DNA of 64,000 nt from Lytechinus pictus (taxonomy: Eukaryota): positions 30,504,001 through 30,568,000 of the forward strand of contig NC_087248.1 of assembly GCF_037042905.1 (NCBI RefSeq). Reading direction: 5' to 3'. Under the pieces are notes generated by a model, which saw only the letters and a program-made list of their open reading frames with translations, searched no databases and was not told the origin of the DNA. The position numbers and the translations under genes were made by a program. Position 1 is the stretch's first letter, and each line of letters starts with the position of its first letter. Of the stretch, positions 63,536-64,000 are shown piece by piece.

Positions 63536-64000
63536 GGCACTGGCGTAAATCCCGGGGGGATGGGGGGATATATCCCCCCACTTTTCGAGGAGGGGGGATG
63601 GCCTGTACAAACATCCCCCCCACTTTTTACGAAAGAAATATAAAAAAAATCACAAGAGATAATTATTTTATTGGTGAAAATTCTTCCTAAAATACCGCTT
63701 AACAAATAAAAAAATATTATTGAATCATAAAATGCAAATAAAGAGCCAGTTCACCATTTCCAAACGAAATACTTATGTCCTTATTATAACATTGAAGAGA
63801 AACCCCCGTTTCTTCCAATTCATCAATGTTGGGGTCTTTGGGGAGGGATTAAGATGGAATGTCAAAAAATTTTGAATGTAATCTCTAATAAAACCATTAA
63901 ACCATCATGGGGTAAAAAAGATAATAATATTGGAGGGGTATTTGCCATATGGACATACAGTGGCGTAACTACGGGGGGCATGGGGGGCATGGGGGGCACA

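Overview
AT-rich, intron-rich animal genomic DNA. The repeat landscape suggests a marine deuterostome such as a sea urchin (inference). There is one N gap at 32305-32475. Host genes: the 5' end of cullin-5 on the minus strand (exons 22406-22471, 2216-2328, 1-36; missed by the ORF track) and two tandem three-exon alpha-tubulin genes on the plus strand (29053-40305, divergent, ends in EEF; 47448-59989, canonical, ends in EEY). The 20-kb cul5 intron 1 holds a full-length 10-kb ISL2EU-type DNA transposon (2624-12632, AT TSD) with convergent spliced genes for a THAP-HTH-DDE transposase and a SWIM-YqaJ exonuclease, both disabled. The same intron holds a nested stack of non-autonomous DNA transposons. 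Other elements: an L2/CR1-group LINE interrupted by a Tc1 DD34E element, an R4/Dong fragment in (TAA)n, a Ginger-like MITE, a 5.6-kb Academ-like foldback palindrome, a 44-bp minisatellite, SINEs and several MITEs. The most unusual item is an intact-looking tRNA-like Pol III unit with a UCA (UGA-reading) anticodon and a short variable arm at 62365-62436, in a segment flanked by (TA)n.
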